This document shows positions 14,181 through 29,335 of a stretch of 64,000 nucleotides of DNA, piece by piece. The stretch's first letter is position 1. Each line of letters starts with the position of its first letter. Source of the stretch: Octopus vulgaris. Taxonomy: Eukaryota. The notes beneath the pieces were generated by a model that searched no databases, was not told the origin of the DNA, and saw nothing but the letters and a program-made list of their open reading frames with translations. The position numbers and the translations under genes were made by a program. The DNA lies in the NCBI GenBank assembly GCA_951406725.2, contig OX597820.1, positions 76,012,001-76,076,000 of the forward strand. The letters run 5' to 3'.

Positions 14181-14858
14181 TATTTCAAGACATGCACATC
14201 TCCATACACATGCACAAATACACTGACACACCCATACACACCTATACAGACGCATGCACACATCCACACGCACCACTCCTTTCTCAGACGTCTTCCAGAC
14301 AGAAGTACATTCCAAGACGCGCATGTACACACCAATCCCTTCTTCCTCCTTTAACCCACAATCCTCCATCCTCCCATACAGTACAGCATTCCCACCTGGT
14401 GACTTGCACGTTTCTAGTTATTTTCTAAGATACCCTTTTTCCATTAGAGCATTAATTTAATATCTTCTGTCTCAAATTTATTCCTCCTGTGTTACCGTTC
14501 GTATTGTTCATCACCATTTACATTTTGAGTGTATGCGTGTATCCACATACACACACACATATACTCTCACACACATATACTCACGTATATACCATTTACG
14601 CGTATGGGTACATGAATGGATGCGTGTGTGTATATACTTATACATATATGCACACACAAACACACACACACATATATATGTATATATGTATGTATGTATG
14701 TATGTATTTTCTTTTCTTTGTTTTAGTCATTTCACTGCGGTCATGCTGGAGTACCGACTTAAAGGGTTTTAGTCGAAGAAATCAACCCCAGGACTTATTC
14801 TTTGTAAGCCTAGAACTTATTCTATCGTTTTCATTATATATATATGTGAGTGTGTGTG

Positions 14859-14919
<61 letters not shown>

Positions 14920-15085
14920 AATACAAAGAAGAACATACACACAAAAAAGCAGCAACGTGAGGTCGTGGTACATGTAAAGAATTAGCTAATGCTCTTCTTC
15001 GGAAACAGATCAAAGTCCAATCGATGGGAAGACGGAGGAGGAAAATCGTCAACGATTCGCATGTAGTCACATTTTGATATATATA

Positions 15086-15401
15086 GGCGCATGCAGGAAA
15101 GTAGCTTACTTACCAACCACATGGGTCCGGATTCAGTCCTACTGCGTAGCACCTTGGGCAAGTGCATTCTACTATAGCCTCGGACCGACCAAACCTTTGT
15201 ATGTATATATGTATGTGTGTGTGTGTGTGTGTGTGTGAGCGTTTGTTTGTCTATGTTTGTCCCATCGTTGTTTGACAAAAGATGTTGGTGTGTTTACGTC
15301 CGCGTTACACAGCGGTTCGGCAAAGGAGACTGATAGAATAAGTACTAGTCGATTTGTTCGAATAAAGGTGGTGCTTCAGCAGGGCCGCAGTCACATGACT
15401 G

Positions 15402-15402
<1 letters not shown>
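15086..15402 (+). mobile_element. SINE A copy
   Basis: Matches the reference with internal deletions. Confidence 0.75.
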
Positions 15403-15435
<33 letters not shown>

Positions 15436-15487
15436 GTATATATAAATACACATATATATATATAAATACACACACACACATACATAC

Positions 15488-15546
<59 letters not shown>

Positions 15547-15860
15547 TATATATATATATAAGGCATGCTGAAAGAATCGTTAGTACGCCGGACAAAATAT
15601 TCAGCAGCATTTCGTCCGTCTTTGCTTTCCTTAGTTCAAATTCCACCCAAGTCGACTTCACCTGTCATCCTTTCGGGGTCGATAAAATAATGGACTTTAT
15701 CCTTTCCCAGAAATTACTGGCCTCGTGCCAAAATATGAAAGCAATATATATGTGCTTGTGTGCGTGCGTGTGTGTCTGTGTGTGTGTGTGTGTGTTTATA
15801 CGTGTGTGGTTGCGTACTCTTAAACCCACAGACACATGCCCACATACATAGACACATACA

Positions 15861-16025
15861 GGCGCAGGAGTGGCTGTGTGGTAAGTAGCTTGTTTACCAA
15901 CCACATGGTCCTGGGTTCAGTCCCACTGCGTGGCACCTTGGGCAAGTGTCTTCTACTATAGCCTCGGGCCGACCAAAGCCTTGTGAGTGAATTTGGTAGA
16001 CGGAAGCTGAAAGAAGCCCGTCGTA

Positions 16026-16060
<35 letters not shown>

Positions 16061-16277
16061 GCGTGTGTGTATTTGTGTGTGTCCCCCTAGCATTGCTTGA
16101 CAACCGATGCTGGTGTGTTTATGTCCCCGTTACTTAGCGGTTCGGCAAAAGAGACCGATAGAATAAGTACTGGGCTTACAAAAGAATAAGTCCCGGGGTC
16201 GAGTTGCTCGATTAAAGGCGGTGCTCCAGCATGGCCGCAGTCAAATGACTGAAACAAGTAAAAGAGTAAAAAGAGTA
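15861..16277 (+). mobile_element. tRNA-derived SINE family A, full-length reference copy
   Basis: A box tggctgtgtgg, B box ggttcagtccc, CORE-like accttgggcaagt, internal TA/TG microsatellite and (aaagagta) tail. Confidence 0.85.
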
Positions 16278-16994
16278 TACAATCATACATTCAAATATAC
16301 ATACACCCAATCCTACATACATATGTACATACATACATGCGTACATACATACATACACTCATACATACAGGGAAATACACAACATACAGTCTTCTCATTA
16401 TCTCGATAAGCAGAAAACAGGTTCCAGATCGCACGGGCCGTGGGGGGAGTGTTTTTTACCTGCGATAAACTAACTTGTACACTTTAGGGAATACTTTTAT
16501 ATCTACCATTTAACATCATGTAACTAGAGTTATGAACAATTTCTAATTAATCCCTTGTGTGTCAAGAAACCATTTATGTTTTACCTAATCTTGTTCATTA
16601 TTTGTATGTTTTATACGGTATGATGTATGATGAGTTCGTAATGTCTTAGAGCAAAAAGAAGCCGTTTTCTTTACAACAGAGGGAGTCTGAATTTCTTACA
16701 TATTTACCGGCTCTTTATAGATCCCTAGAGAGAATTCAGTAAAATCTTTCTGCCTCGATCTAAATTACGAACCGTTACCGAGGGAAGATAAACTTAATGG
16801 TAAGACAGTGACTTGACAAGAAACTGCCGGATAAATTAGATAATTAACCGTCCCTAGATAGGCTGCTGCCGAAGGGCTTATATATTTGTAATAGAAACAT
16901 GGGTACGTTTCTAAATTACATACATATATACATACATTTGTATGTACATAAATCCATTCATCCGTCCCTCTTTCTATCTATAAATACGCGCACA

Positions 16995-17029
<35 letters not shown>

Positions 17030-17132
17030 CACACACACATACACACGCATGGATGGATGAATTTATGAATGTATGAATGCAACTGGAAAGTACACACGTT
17101 TTTCTTACAGTGTATCGGCCTTTTTCCAGCAT

Positions 17133-17206
<74 letters not shown>

Positions 17207-17584
17207 CATCTATCTACCTATCTGTCTATGTATGTATGTGTATATATATATATATCTGTGTGTGTGTGCGCGCGCTTTGTGCGTTTGAATATGCCTCGTC
17301 AAGAAACGAAACGGGAGGAAAAGTAATGCAGATTCAAGGAAGATCCTAGGAAATGGATTGAAAAACAATCCCTGAGCGGATAAAGGTGAGAACAAATATC
17401 CATATTGCAGCATTCAGCATCGATTTTGCAGTTGGGAGAGCGATAAGTGAACTGGATGAAACGATTAGATGGACAGGAAAGCTGCTAAAGCGCAATGGGA
17501 GATGTCTACTACATAGTGTTGGTAAACAACGTATAGCATGAGAAGCAAAGAGCAAGTAGAATACTTTTCGTTTATTTTTATTTT

Positions 17585-17975
17585 TTTTAGTCATTTGACT
17601 ACGGCCATGCTGGAGCACCACTTCCACTCGAACAGATCGACCTCAAGACTCATTCTTAGTAAGCCTAGTACTTATTCTATCGGTCTCTTATGCCTAACCG
17701 CTAAGTTACGAGGACGCAAACAAACCAACATCGGTTGTCAAGTGATGGACGGTACACGGACAAACACAGGCACACAAACACACACATACGTACACACACA
17801 ACACATATATAGAACAAACTTCTTTCAGTTTCCGTCTAGCAAATACACGCAGAATGCTTTGGTCATCCCGAGGCTATATTTGAAGACACTTGCCCAAGGT
17901 GCCACGCAGTGGGACTGAACTCGAAGCCATATGGCTGGTAAGCAAGTTACTTACTACACAGCCACTCCTGCGCCT
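17585..17975 (-). mobile_element. SINE A copy
   Basis: Full-length reverse complement of the reference. Confidence 0.8.
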
Positions 17976-18119
17976 ATAGGCATATACATAAATATCAATA
18001 CATACACATACACACATATACACACCAGGCCATCAGATGTTGCTGTACCTCGCTGGTCACAATGTGCTTCACATTGTTTTAGCCTTCTAATGATGCCACC
18101 CCACTGGCTAAGTGAGCAG

Positions 18120-18191
<72 letters not shown>

Positions 18192-18649
18192 ATATATATA
18201 TGTAAATATGTATACACACATATATACAGTTAACAGGTGAGGTTTATAGAAGCTCAATTTAGAAAACATGTACTAGTGCTCAAATGATTTCAAATTAAAC
18301 TTCGAAATCTTTATCGGGGATCAGTCCGTGGGATAAAGAATGACTACAAGAAAAATTCGGGTGAGCTGATATGCGGCTATAGTAATGCAGGTGAACATGA
18401 TTAGGCTTGATATATACAAATATGCATATTTTCGTATGTGTGTAGATATATATGGGGATATATGGAGTGAAAAGCAGAAAATATAGAAAATCTAAGAGGG
18501 AGAATGCATAGTTATTTAACTCGACAGCTGTTTCTGCGAGCTCGGAATTATGTACTAGTTGCTGTTCGTACTTAGCAAAGAGAGTGTGTAAAAAGTCACA
18601 GATATACAACTTGTAGATGGATGGATAGAAACATTACTTTAGTGACGCT

Positions 18650-18864
18650 ATTATACGTTGGCTGATATGCTCTCCAGACTTCATTATGTGTGTTGAGGAA
18701 ATTTCGAACCTGGGTTCTCATTCCTAAGGTATTTCGATGTTATTATTATTATTATTATTACTATTATTATTATTATTATCATCATTATTCAGGTCACTGC
18801 TTGGAATCGAACTCGGAATCTTGGGGTTAGTAGTCCGCGTTCTTAACCACTACGCCATATGCCC
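18650..18864 (-). mobile_element. tRNA-headed SINE family D with internal (AAT)n
   Basis: A box tggcgtagtgg, B box gagttcgattcc, (AAT)n, then accttaggaatgagaacccaggttcgaaatttcctc. Confidence 0.75.
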
Positions 18865-19139
18865 GTCAAATATATATAATGTACAAAATTCTTCATCTCT
18901 TAAATATAGAACTGTACGACAAGTTTTGAATCTCCACCCTTTTATCTTCAACTGTAATCTTCAACTTCAGACATTTCTTTTATACTTTTATATATTTCAC
19001 CAAATACTTTTCATGAGAAATTCAAGACTTGTCGGATCTGGGTGGATTAGAAACCATTGCTACCCACTAAGGGTTCCAAAAACGAATACATCTTCTACTT
19101 GCATCCATCTTTGCCAGATTCTTTATTCTTTTAATCATA

Positions 19140-19375
19140 TACTTGTTTCAGTCATTCGACTGCGGCCATGCTGGAGCACCACATTTAGTCAAACAAATCG
19201 ACCACAGGTCTTATTTTTGTTAGCCTAGTACTTATTCCATCGGTCTCCTTTGCCGAAACACTAAGTTATGGGGACATAAACACACCAACATCGGTTGTCG
19301 AACGATGGTGGGGGGACAAACACAGACAGAAATAACAAACACCCACATACATATATATACATACATACACACACA

Positions 19376-19430
<55 letters not shown>

Positions 19431-19598
19431 TATACTAAGGGCTTCTTTCAGTTTCCGTCTACCATATCCACTCACAAAGCTTTGGTCGGCCCAAGGCTAT
19501 CGTAAAATACACTTGCCTAAAGTGTCATGGAGTAGGACTGAACCCGGAACCATTTGGTTGGTAAATAAGATACTTATCACACAACCACTCCTGTGCCT
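19140..19598 (-). mobile_element. SINE A copy
   Basis: Full-length reverse complement of the reference. Confidence 0.8.
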
Positions 19599-19999
19599 GT
19601 ACAGATTTTGTTGTCGTTGCTGCTGCTGCTGTTGTTGTTTAGCTCCAAGTAAGCCTTCATTGGGTCCGCTTGCCTCTACAAGAGTCATTTGTTGTAGTGG
19701 TTGTTGTTATGGTGCAATTTTCCCTTCAAATACCTGGTTATTATTTTTAATGTTATGGTAGTTGTTACCGTCACTCATATTCTGCTAAGACCACAGGTTC
19801 GGTCCAGACTTAGCAGTCCGATAAGGAAATCCTTTGTATTTGGAAGTCATTTCATTCCGTAAGTTTATATTTAAATAAAAAAAATAATAAACTAATATAA
19901 AATTAAGTTGTTTCCGATGGGTCGAGCAACAACATAAACCTTTGATATCCTCGTTGACATGTCTTCATCATCGTCGTCGCCATAGTAGTAGTAGCAGTT

Positions 20000-20063
<64 letters not shown>

Positions 20064-20836
20064 CCGCAGCAGCGGTGGCGGCGGTAGAAAGAGAAGGGGG
20101 AGGGAGTGAGGCAGGAGTAGGAGGAGCAGGTGGAGGTGGAAGAGACGGAGATGGAGGAGGAGGAAGAGGAGATAAAGGAAGGGAGTTGAAGGAGAAAATG
20201 AGGGAGGGGAAGATGATGGAGAAGGATATGAAGGAGGGGAAGGAGGAGGAGATGTAGGAGGGGTAGATTGTTAACAAAATGATTTGTAATTAATTATTTT
20301 CCTCTCTAAATTATATTCAATAAGTTCGTTGCTGTGAGGTCGGCAGAAATCGATATTTCATCGTAATCGGTTGTTAGTTGAGATAAAGGCCAAGACAATG
20401 TAATATGATATCAAACACACACACGCACACACACACATATATATACACACACACACACACAAACATTCACACCTATACATACATATACACACATGTATGC
20501 ATATGTGTATGTATATGCGCATACATTCACTTGTATTTTCTGTATGTATCTCTATTTGCATATGTATGTTTTCAGGAAAACGCACACACATAGACACCTT
20601 GGTACATTTATATATATGTGTCCCTCTCTCTCTTTCTCTCTCTTTCTCTCTCTCTTTCTCTCTCTATCTCTCTCTCTCTCTATCTATCTATACACACACA
20701 CACACTCACATGTATGTATATATGTATGGTTGAGTGTATGTGTGCATGTACGCTAACACATATAAACACACGAGTATATCCCTCCCTCTGTCTCTACCAG
20801 TCTCTCTCTGTCTCTTTCACCCTCCCTCGCTCTGTC

Positions 20837-20872
<36 letters not shown>

Positions 20873-21389
20873 GACACACACACATACAGACAAACACGCA
20901 AACGCAAACACACACAAACACACACAAACGCACACCCACCCACACACCGACACACACACTGACACACGGTGCTGTACCCTCCGACAAAATGTCAATATGT
21001 TTAATGTCAAGTAGTATCAAGTGGCGACAGGGAAGAGAACAAAACTAAATAAATAAATAAATAAATATCGAAAAATAAAGGTAAAATAAAAATAATAATA
21101 ATAAAATCAACAGAAAATAAAAATATAGAAAAATATATAAGAAACAAGGAATAAATAAATACATAAAATCTGTAAAGTATTATTTTAAAAAAACAGAAAG
21201 AAAAATCAAGATGGCGACCGTTAAGAATTATCGCTGGACCCGCGAGAAAGAAACTACAAAGGACATACAATAAGCAATAAAAAGATATTTGCGACAAAGT
21301 GGTTTTAATTATAGAATATCTGGACTTAACACGGGATGGTCATGGCTGTAAAGTTGTTGATGAAGATGAAAGTCTGGCTAATAGGGACA

Positions 21390-22005
21390 TGGGTGCAACA
21401 GTGGCTGTGTGGTAAGTAGCTTGCTTATCAACCACATTATTCCGGGTTCAGTGCTAAATGCGTGTTACCTTCTACTAAAGTCCCGAGCCGACCAAAGCTT
21501 TCTGAGTGGATTTGATAGACGGAAACTGAAAGACGCCTGTCGTATATGTATATATATATATATGTATGTATATGTTTGTGAGTCAGTGTTTGTCCCCGAA
21601 ACATCGCTTGACAACTGATGCTGGTGTGTTTACGTCCCCGTAACTTAGCGGTTTGGCAAAAGAGACTGTTAGAATAGGTACTAGGCTTACAAAGAATGAG
21701 TTCCAGGACCGATTTGTTCGACTAAAGTCGGTGCTCCAGTATGGCCGAACTCAAATGACTGAAACAAGTAAAAGAAAATGGAAGAATATATATATGTGTG
21801 TGTGTGTGTAGGTGTGTGTGTGTTTGTCCACCCACCGATGCTGGTGTGTTTACGTCCCCTAAACTTAGCGGTTCGGCAAAAGAGACCGATAGGATAAGTA
21901 CTAGGCTTACAAAGAATAAGTCCTGGGATCGATTTGTTCGACTAAAGGCGATGCCCGAGCATGGCCGCTGTCAAAAAGCTGAAACAAATAACAAAGATTA
22001 AAAGA
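21390..22005 (+). mobile_element. SINE A copy plus duplicated 3' half
   Basis: Head at ~21390, with 3' modules at ~21590-21785 and ~21830-22005. Confidence 0.75.
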
Positions 22006-22349
22006 ATGTCTAAATTCGAATAACATTATCATTATCGCGAACAAAACTTTAAGTAACAACATTATCACCATCAAGAACAATAATGATAATAATCCTTCCT
22101 ACTAAAGGCAAAAGGCCTGAAATTTAGGGGAGGGGTGACAACCAAATACATTGACCCCAGTACTCAACTGGTACTTATTTTATCGACCCCGAAACGATGA
22201 AAGGTAAAAATCGACCACGGTGTAATTTGAACTCAGAACGCAAAGACGTACAGAATGCGACTGAGAATACCATTAGAATCGTTACCGCGACGGTAACGAT
22301 TCTACTAGCTCGCACCCTTACTTCAGATAATTCAGCGTTGCCCTTCTGC

Positions 22350-22414
22350 TATGTTATGGGGACGTAAACACACCAGCATCGGTTGTCGATGTTGAGGGGA
22401 CAAACACAGACACA

Positions 22415-22457
<43 letters not shown>

Positions 22458-22638
22458 ACACAGATATATATATACGACAGGCTTCTTTTAGTTTCCGTCT
22501 ACCAAATCAACTCACAAGGCTTTGATCGACCCACGGCTATAGTAGAAGACACTTGTCCAAGGTGCCACGCAGTGGGACTGAACCCGGAACCATGTGGTTG
22601 GTAAGAAAGCTACTTACCACACAGCCACTTCTGCGCCT
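22350..22638 (-). mobile_element. SINE A copy (partial)
   Basis: Reverse complement of the head and middle. Confidence 0.8.
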
Positions 22639-23360
22639 CCTTTTTTTAGCATCCTTTTCTCCCGGCTCTTTATGTTCTGAGTTAAAACGCTGCCAATGTC
22701 GACCTTACCTTCCGCCATTTTAGGATCGATAAAATAAAATACTACTCGAGGACTGTGGCTGGCGGTCGATATAAACGAGTTGCTCCTCTAAATTAAAACT
22801 GTCGGCCTTAGGCCAAAGCCCGAAACATACTTATGATTTGTATAGTAGTAGTAGTAGTAGTAGTGGTAGTGGTGGTGGTGGTGGTTAGGGACAGCAGATG
22901 GTGGAAACGGTACAGCGCGTGACAAAATGATATGCAATGTTTAAGTTATATGCTCATACTTCCGGTGTTCAGGAGCGGTTGGTGGTGGATTTTGTCTTTC
23001 ATTCAGAGGAGGGACGATGGCGGATGGGGATGAGGAGGAGGAGGAGAAAAATTAAATATCAATCAATTAACGGTGGGGATCTGTTTACTCGACCCTGTAT
23101 TGGCCCCTTCCTACATTCATTGAACCTTGTAATTCTGCTCTTTGCTTAGAAATCAATATCGCAATCGCCGTCGCCGTCGTTGTCGTTGTCATTGTCGTCG
23201 TGTTCGTCGTCATTGCCATTAACTCAATCATCACTCACTGCACCATTTTCATCGTCGTTATCTTACTGGTCATCACAAACATTAGCAGCGTCATCAACAT
23301 CGTTGTCGTCGCCGTCGTCATCTTCGTCGTTGTGGTCGTCGTCGTCGTCGTCGTCGCAGC

Positions 23361-23407
<47 letters not shown>

Positions 23408-23509
23408 CAGCAGCAGTACTAGTAGCACTCACTTCCACCACTGCCGTCACCGTCACCTCAATACTGCCACTATTATAACGACCAGTAAAAAGAGTAAAAA
23501 AGAGTAAAC

Positions 23510-24236
23510 ATTTCGTCCGGCACGCTAGTGATTATGCCCGCTCGACGTCTTAATAATAATAATAATAATAATAATGATGATAATAATAATGATAATAATA
23601 AAAATTTTTTACTACTCTAAGCACAAGGTCTGAAATTTTGGAAAGGCGGGGGATAGTCGATTGTATCGACCCCAGTACGTAACAGGTACTCATTTCATCG
23701 ACCCCGAAAAGATGAAAGGCAAAGTGGACCTCGACGAAATTTGAACTTAAAACTTCAAGACGGACGAAATATCGCTAAGCATTTTGCCCGGCGTGCTAAT
23801 GATTCTGCCAGCTCGCAACCTTCATAATAATTGTAATAGTAATAATAATAAGAATCTTTTCTACTCTAGGCACAAGGCCCGAAATTTTTGGGGAGGAGCA
23901 GTTAATTAGATCGAACCAATACGCAACTGATACTAAATTTATCGACCCCGAAAGGATGAAAGGCAAAGTTGACCTCGGCGGAATTTGAACTCAGAACTTA
24001 ACGGCAGACGAAATACCTGTTTCTTTACTACCCACAATGAGCTAAACACAGAGAGACAAACAGATTAAGTCGATTATATTGAGCCCAGTGCGTAACTGGT
24101 ACTTATTTAATCGACCCCGAAAGGATGAAAGGCAAAGTCGACCTCGGCGGAATTTGAACTCAAAACGTAGCGGCAGACGAAATACCGCTAAGCATTCCGC
24201 CCGGCGTGCTAACGTTTCTGCCAGTTCGCCGCCTTA
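23510..24236 (-). mobile_element. SINE B cluster / tandem units
   Basis: Three occurrences of atcgaccccgaaa(a/g)gatgaaaggcaaagt. Confidence 0.8.
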
Positions 24237-24308
24237 ATAATAATGATGATGATAATGTTCATGATAATAATTATAATGATGGTGATGATGATGATGATGA
24301 TGATGATG

Positions 24309-24390
<82 letters not shown>

Positions 24391-24405
24391 TAATAATGAT
24401 AATAA

Positions 24406-24454
<49 letters not shown>

Positions 24455-24456
<2 letters not shown>

Positions 24457-24990
24457 GCCCTGATGCAGTACCAGGCAGTGGCTCCCATGGCTTCTGTTAT
24501 CATGTACATTGTTTTGTCTTGGTATAAAAGATGGGCTACAGCAAATATTCTGCTCAATACCACAGATTTGCTTGTCAGTTGTTTGACCTTAACCAGTTGA
24601 GCATGTCCCTTAGTGGCTGACGATATGTGCATCGCTGATCACGAGCAGAAGTAGTGGGGGAGCATCATAGCCATGTGTTGAGAAGGATTCTTTGGGGTTT
24701 GAATAATTCACCTCTGGAAACATGGGTGTTTCGTTCAACGTCCTTAAACAACCCTTATTCAGGGACCTTTTGAGCGGGATGGGTTACTCGATCTGAAGAA
24801 AATTCTAACTGGGCTCCACCTGCAAAGTCATGTGCTGTTTATCTTGATATGAGATCACCATGTCGCGCACATATGGTTGTGATGCATGTGCCTGGTGTAC
24901 CCTTATCAGACGGGTAGTCATGATGGGTATACTGGGCTTCGTATATTTTACCCCAGTGTCACTTTGATGGCATGCTCTGCTCGCTCACTC
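24455..24990 (+). mobile_element. Non-coding repeat inserted in (AAT)n
   Basis: Its right-hand ~320 bp are highly similar to 62660-62981. (AAT)n lies on both sides. Confidence 0.75.
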
Positions 24991-25687
24991 AATAATGATA
25001 ATAATAATAATAATAATAATAATCCTTTCTACGATAGGCACAAGGTTTGTAATTTTGGGGGATGGGAGCTAGTCGATTGCATCGACCCTAGTACATAACT
25101 AGTACTTATTTCATCTATGCCGACATGATGAAAGTTAAAATTGACCTCGGCAGAATTTGAACTCAGAACATAAAGACGGACGAAATGCGGCTGAGCATTT
25201 TGCCCGGTGTGCTAACGATTCTGCCATTTTTTTGCAAAAAAGAAAAAAAAAAAAGAAAAGAAAAGAAAAATGCTGTTCCAAATTTTAGCCCAAGAACAAC
25301 AATTTAGAGAGAGAGGAATTTAGTCGATTACTGTGACTCCGGTGCTTAACTGATAGTTTATTTTATTGACCCCGAGTGAATGAAAGGTAAAGTCAACCTC
25401 GAGAGCATTTGAACAAAGTGCCGGAAAACACGTCGTTAAGTATTTTGTTCGACGCGCTAATAATTCTGCCGTAATGGTCTCTAATTGAAACACTTGGCGC
25501 GAAATGCTTAGGGGAAGGGTCCAGTCAATAATATCGACCGCAATACATGACTGGTACTTAGGTTTATCGACACTCGAAGGGGTCATGAATATTTAACATT
25601 GGTGTAGTGAAAATCTGAACGCAGAGAGTCGGAACAAAAATCACAATAGAGGTAGTAGTGGCAGTAGCAGCAGCAGCAGTATTAGTG

Positions 25688-25732
<45 letters not shown>

Positions 25733-26196
25733 TATTCTTTATTGACCACAAGCTCACCGCTCTCAAAAAATGGCAAAATATTTATGGAGTAACTCGGTTC
25801 TGTTATACATCCATATCCTTTGAACTTATTGGGTATTTTGGCAGCAAGAAAAAACGCCACGCTGGAAGCCGAAACATTGGCACCGTTCCCATGGTCATTA
25901 GTAACCACGATATACTTATCAGGGGTCATAATCCGCAAACTCTTATATATATACACAAATACATAGTTTCAAACCGTAGGCATATATATATATAATTTAG
26001 TATTAAATCTAATTTCGATTCAACATCTTATTTTCCTCCATTTTTTTATACTTGTTTATGGTATATTTATACCTATAACAAAAGTTTTCAACTGTTATTT
26101 TCATATTCTTATTACTTGCTATCGCTGTTTTTTTATGAATATGATGAATCTTTATTAGAAATCATTTTTCTCTCTCTTTTTGGATCTGTCAAAAAT

Positions 26197-26229
26197 TTTG
26201 AATTGTTCTTTTTGAACTTATTTTTTCTC

Positions 26230-26286
<57 letters not shown>

Positions 26287-26318
26287 AGAAAAAATAAGTT
26301 CAAAAAGAACAATTCAAA
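26197..26318. repeat. Inverted repeat (~34-bp arms) around (TA)n
   Basis: tttgaattgttctttttgaacttattttttctcc / ggagaaaaaataagttcaaaaagaacaattcaaa. Confidence 0.9.
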
Positions 26319-26327
26319 CTCTCTATA

Positions 26328-26360
<33 letters not shown>

Positions 26361-26430
26361 TTTATTTAAAAGCAGCAGAAAATTACTCCGGTATATGTAT
26401 ATATATATAGAGAGAGAGATAGAGATAGAT

Positions 26431-26548
<118 letters not shown>

Positions 26549-26819
26549 ACGTAATTTTGTTTTAATGTTATGATAAAACAATTTTACGCTAAACTGATGG
26601 ATTACTCCATAAGTTTGGTAATTATACAAATATTTTCAGGACTTCCTTCTGTTACGAATGATCATGAGATTGCACCACGAAAGTTCCCCTCCGAGGCTCA
26701 AGTCCGGACATGGTTGTTTTTGTGGAAAACCACCAGTCACCCCAATCCACGCCATCGATGTTGGCCAATGATTGAAGGATAAACTCCGAAAAAATTAACA
26801 CACGCACATTCATACATAT

Positions 26820-26903
<84 letters not shown>

Positions 26904-27231
26904 CTACACATCTACATACTTACATACATACATACATACATACAAGAATAATATGCAGAGTTAATAACAATAAGGAAAGTAATAAAACAGGCATAACGTT
27001 GCCGTTACTTCGAGGTCATTGTTACAAACTTTTCGATACAACTAAAAGCTTTATTACAAATTTAAATAGCTGTCATCCGTTTAGTCAGAACGAGGCTAAG
27101 AAATACAGAAATTCGAAGATTTAAAGATTTATAATGCAGAACTTATTTGAAATGAAACGGTTTTCAAAGCATAAAGATATATAAAAGGTGAAATAAAAGG
27201 GAGAGAGTAAGAAAATTGGGAGACAGCACGG

Positions 27232-27300
<69 letters not shown>

Positions 27301-27434
27301 GTTTGTCTGTCTGTCTGTCTATTTATTCATCTCTCTCTCTCTTTCTCTCTCTATCTGTCTATCTATCTGTCTGTCTGTCTATCGCTCATATATCTATCTT
27401 CGTCTTTCGTTTTTCTATAAATTTCAACTATATA

Positions 27435-27532
<98 letters not shown>

Positions 27533-27886
27533 TATATATATACACACGCACATATATATATATATATATATATATATTTTATATTGTATAGAGGGCATTA
27601 TTACACATAAATGCCTCACACTAAGAGGGACATAAGTCATTACTACCAAAATTTCACTAATCGTACCTATCATATATTTATGATATCGTATATCTGTGCA
27701 TCAGATCGAAATTACCTGAACAGGTGAACGATGTGCTACAAGTCAGGTGTCGATGTGATAGCAGATTAACGTGAGATGAAGTGCTTTACTCAAAAACACA
27801 AATGCTCCACCTAGAATTGAAACTACGATCTCACGATCGTGTGTGCGACACCCTAACCACTAGGCCATATATAATAACATACATGC

Positions 27887-27917
<31 letters not shown>

Positions 27918-28747
27918 CATACATACATACATACATACATACATACATGTCTGGGGTGTGCATTGATGTGTGATCATATGTTGGGTCGAAATCTCTTGTG
28001 TTGCTTTTCACTGTCTGTTGTTCCGTTAATATAACAGCATTTGGCATTTGTGCGGCCACAACAATTCCATTACCAAATGTTTTGTGTCTGTATTATTGTA
28101 GTTATTGATTTATACTCAAATTCTTGTTTAGAATTACAAAACCGAACTGACTGTGGAAAATAATATCGTTGTTATTGACCCGACACGTAATATTAGACGA
28201 AATTTAAGAGAGCGAGCTGGCAGAATCGTTAGCACACTGTGCAAAATGCTTAGCGGCAGTTCGTCCGTCTTTATGTCTTGAGTTCAAATTCCACCGTGGA
28301 CCACTTTGCCTTTTACTTTTTTGAGGTTGATAAAATAAGTAAAAGTTAAATTCTGGGGTTGATGTTATAGCAGAAATTTATGAGGCTTTTATTACGTTTG
28401 GTTGTTTAAGCTTAAATACTGCAGAATATGCTCAACAGACCAGTGGCTTACCAAACTAATATTGGTCGGTTACTAACTGTCCAATCGCGTGTCTGCAACA
28501 GTTTGTTTTCAACGCGGGAAAGACCAATATGTCTCTAGAGCCTACCGAAGGTTATAAAAATCCTTGTCTTCTGCTTCGCTTGGTCTTTGGCAGTAGACAT
28601 TGACCACACACCATGTCTCTTTGGACCAGTGTCGATAAACCAGAAATTCAGCCTGTCTCACAGATTTCTTCAACCAGCCTTCGGTCGTCATCGTTACCAC
28701 AACAGACAGCAGACCACAGCCACATTAACAGGCCCAACAGAACTTCT

Positions 28748-29160
28748 TTCTTTATTGCCCACAAGGGGCTAAACATAGAGGAGACAAACAAGGACAGACA
28801 AACGGATTAAGTCGATTATATCGACCCCAGTGCGTAGCTGGTACTTAATTTATCGACCCCGAAATGATGAAAGGCAAAGTCGACCTCGACGGAATTTGAA
28901 CTCAGAACATAACGGTAGACGAAATACCTATTTTTTTACTATCCACAAGGAGTTAAACACAGAGAGGACAAACAAGGACAGACAAACGGATTAAGTCGAT
29001 TATAACGACTCCAGTACATAACTGGTACTTATTTAATCGACCCTGAAAGGATGAAAGGCAAAGTGGACCTCGGCGGAATTTGAACTCAGTACGTAGCGAC
29101 AGACGAAATAACGCTAAGCATTTCGCCCGGCGTGCTAACGGTTCTTCCAGCTCGCCGCCT
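28748..29160 (-). mobile_element. SINE B with duplicated body unit
   Basis: One head at 29160 and two ~180-bp body+tail units. Confidence 0.8.
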
Positions 29161-29292
29161 TTACCTACGTATATATGCAATAGGCAACTATGTCTACAGA
29201 TGCACATGCACATGCGCATGTACAAACACACATGCTCACACTCTCTGGCAAACATTCGCACTCAAACAACATATAAACACCACACACACACG

Positions 29293-29335
<43 letters not shown>

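Noticed and set aside
18790-18864. tRNA gene
   Set aside because: A and B boxes are present but there is no acceptor stem. It is a SINE head repeated at 58282.
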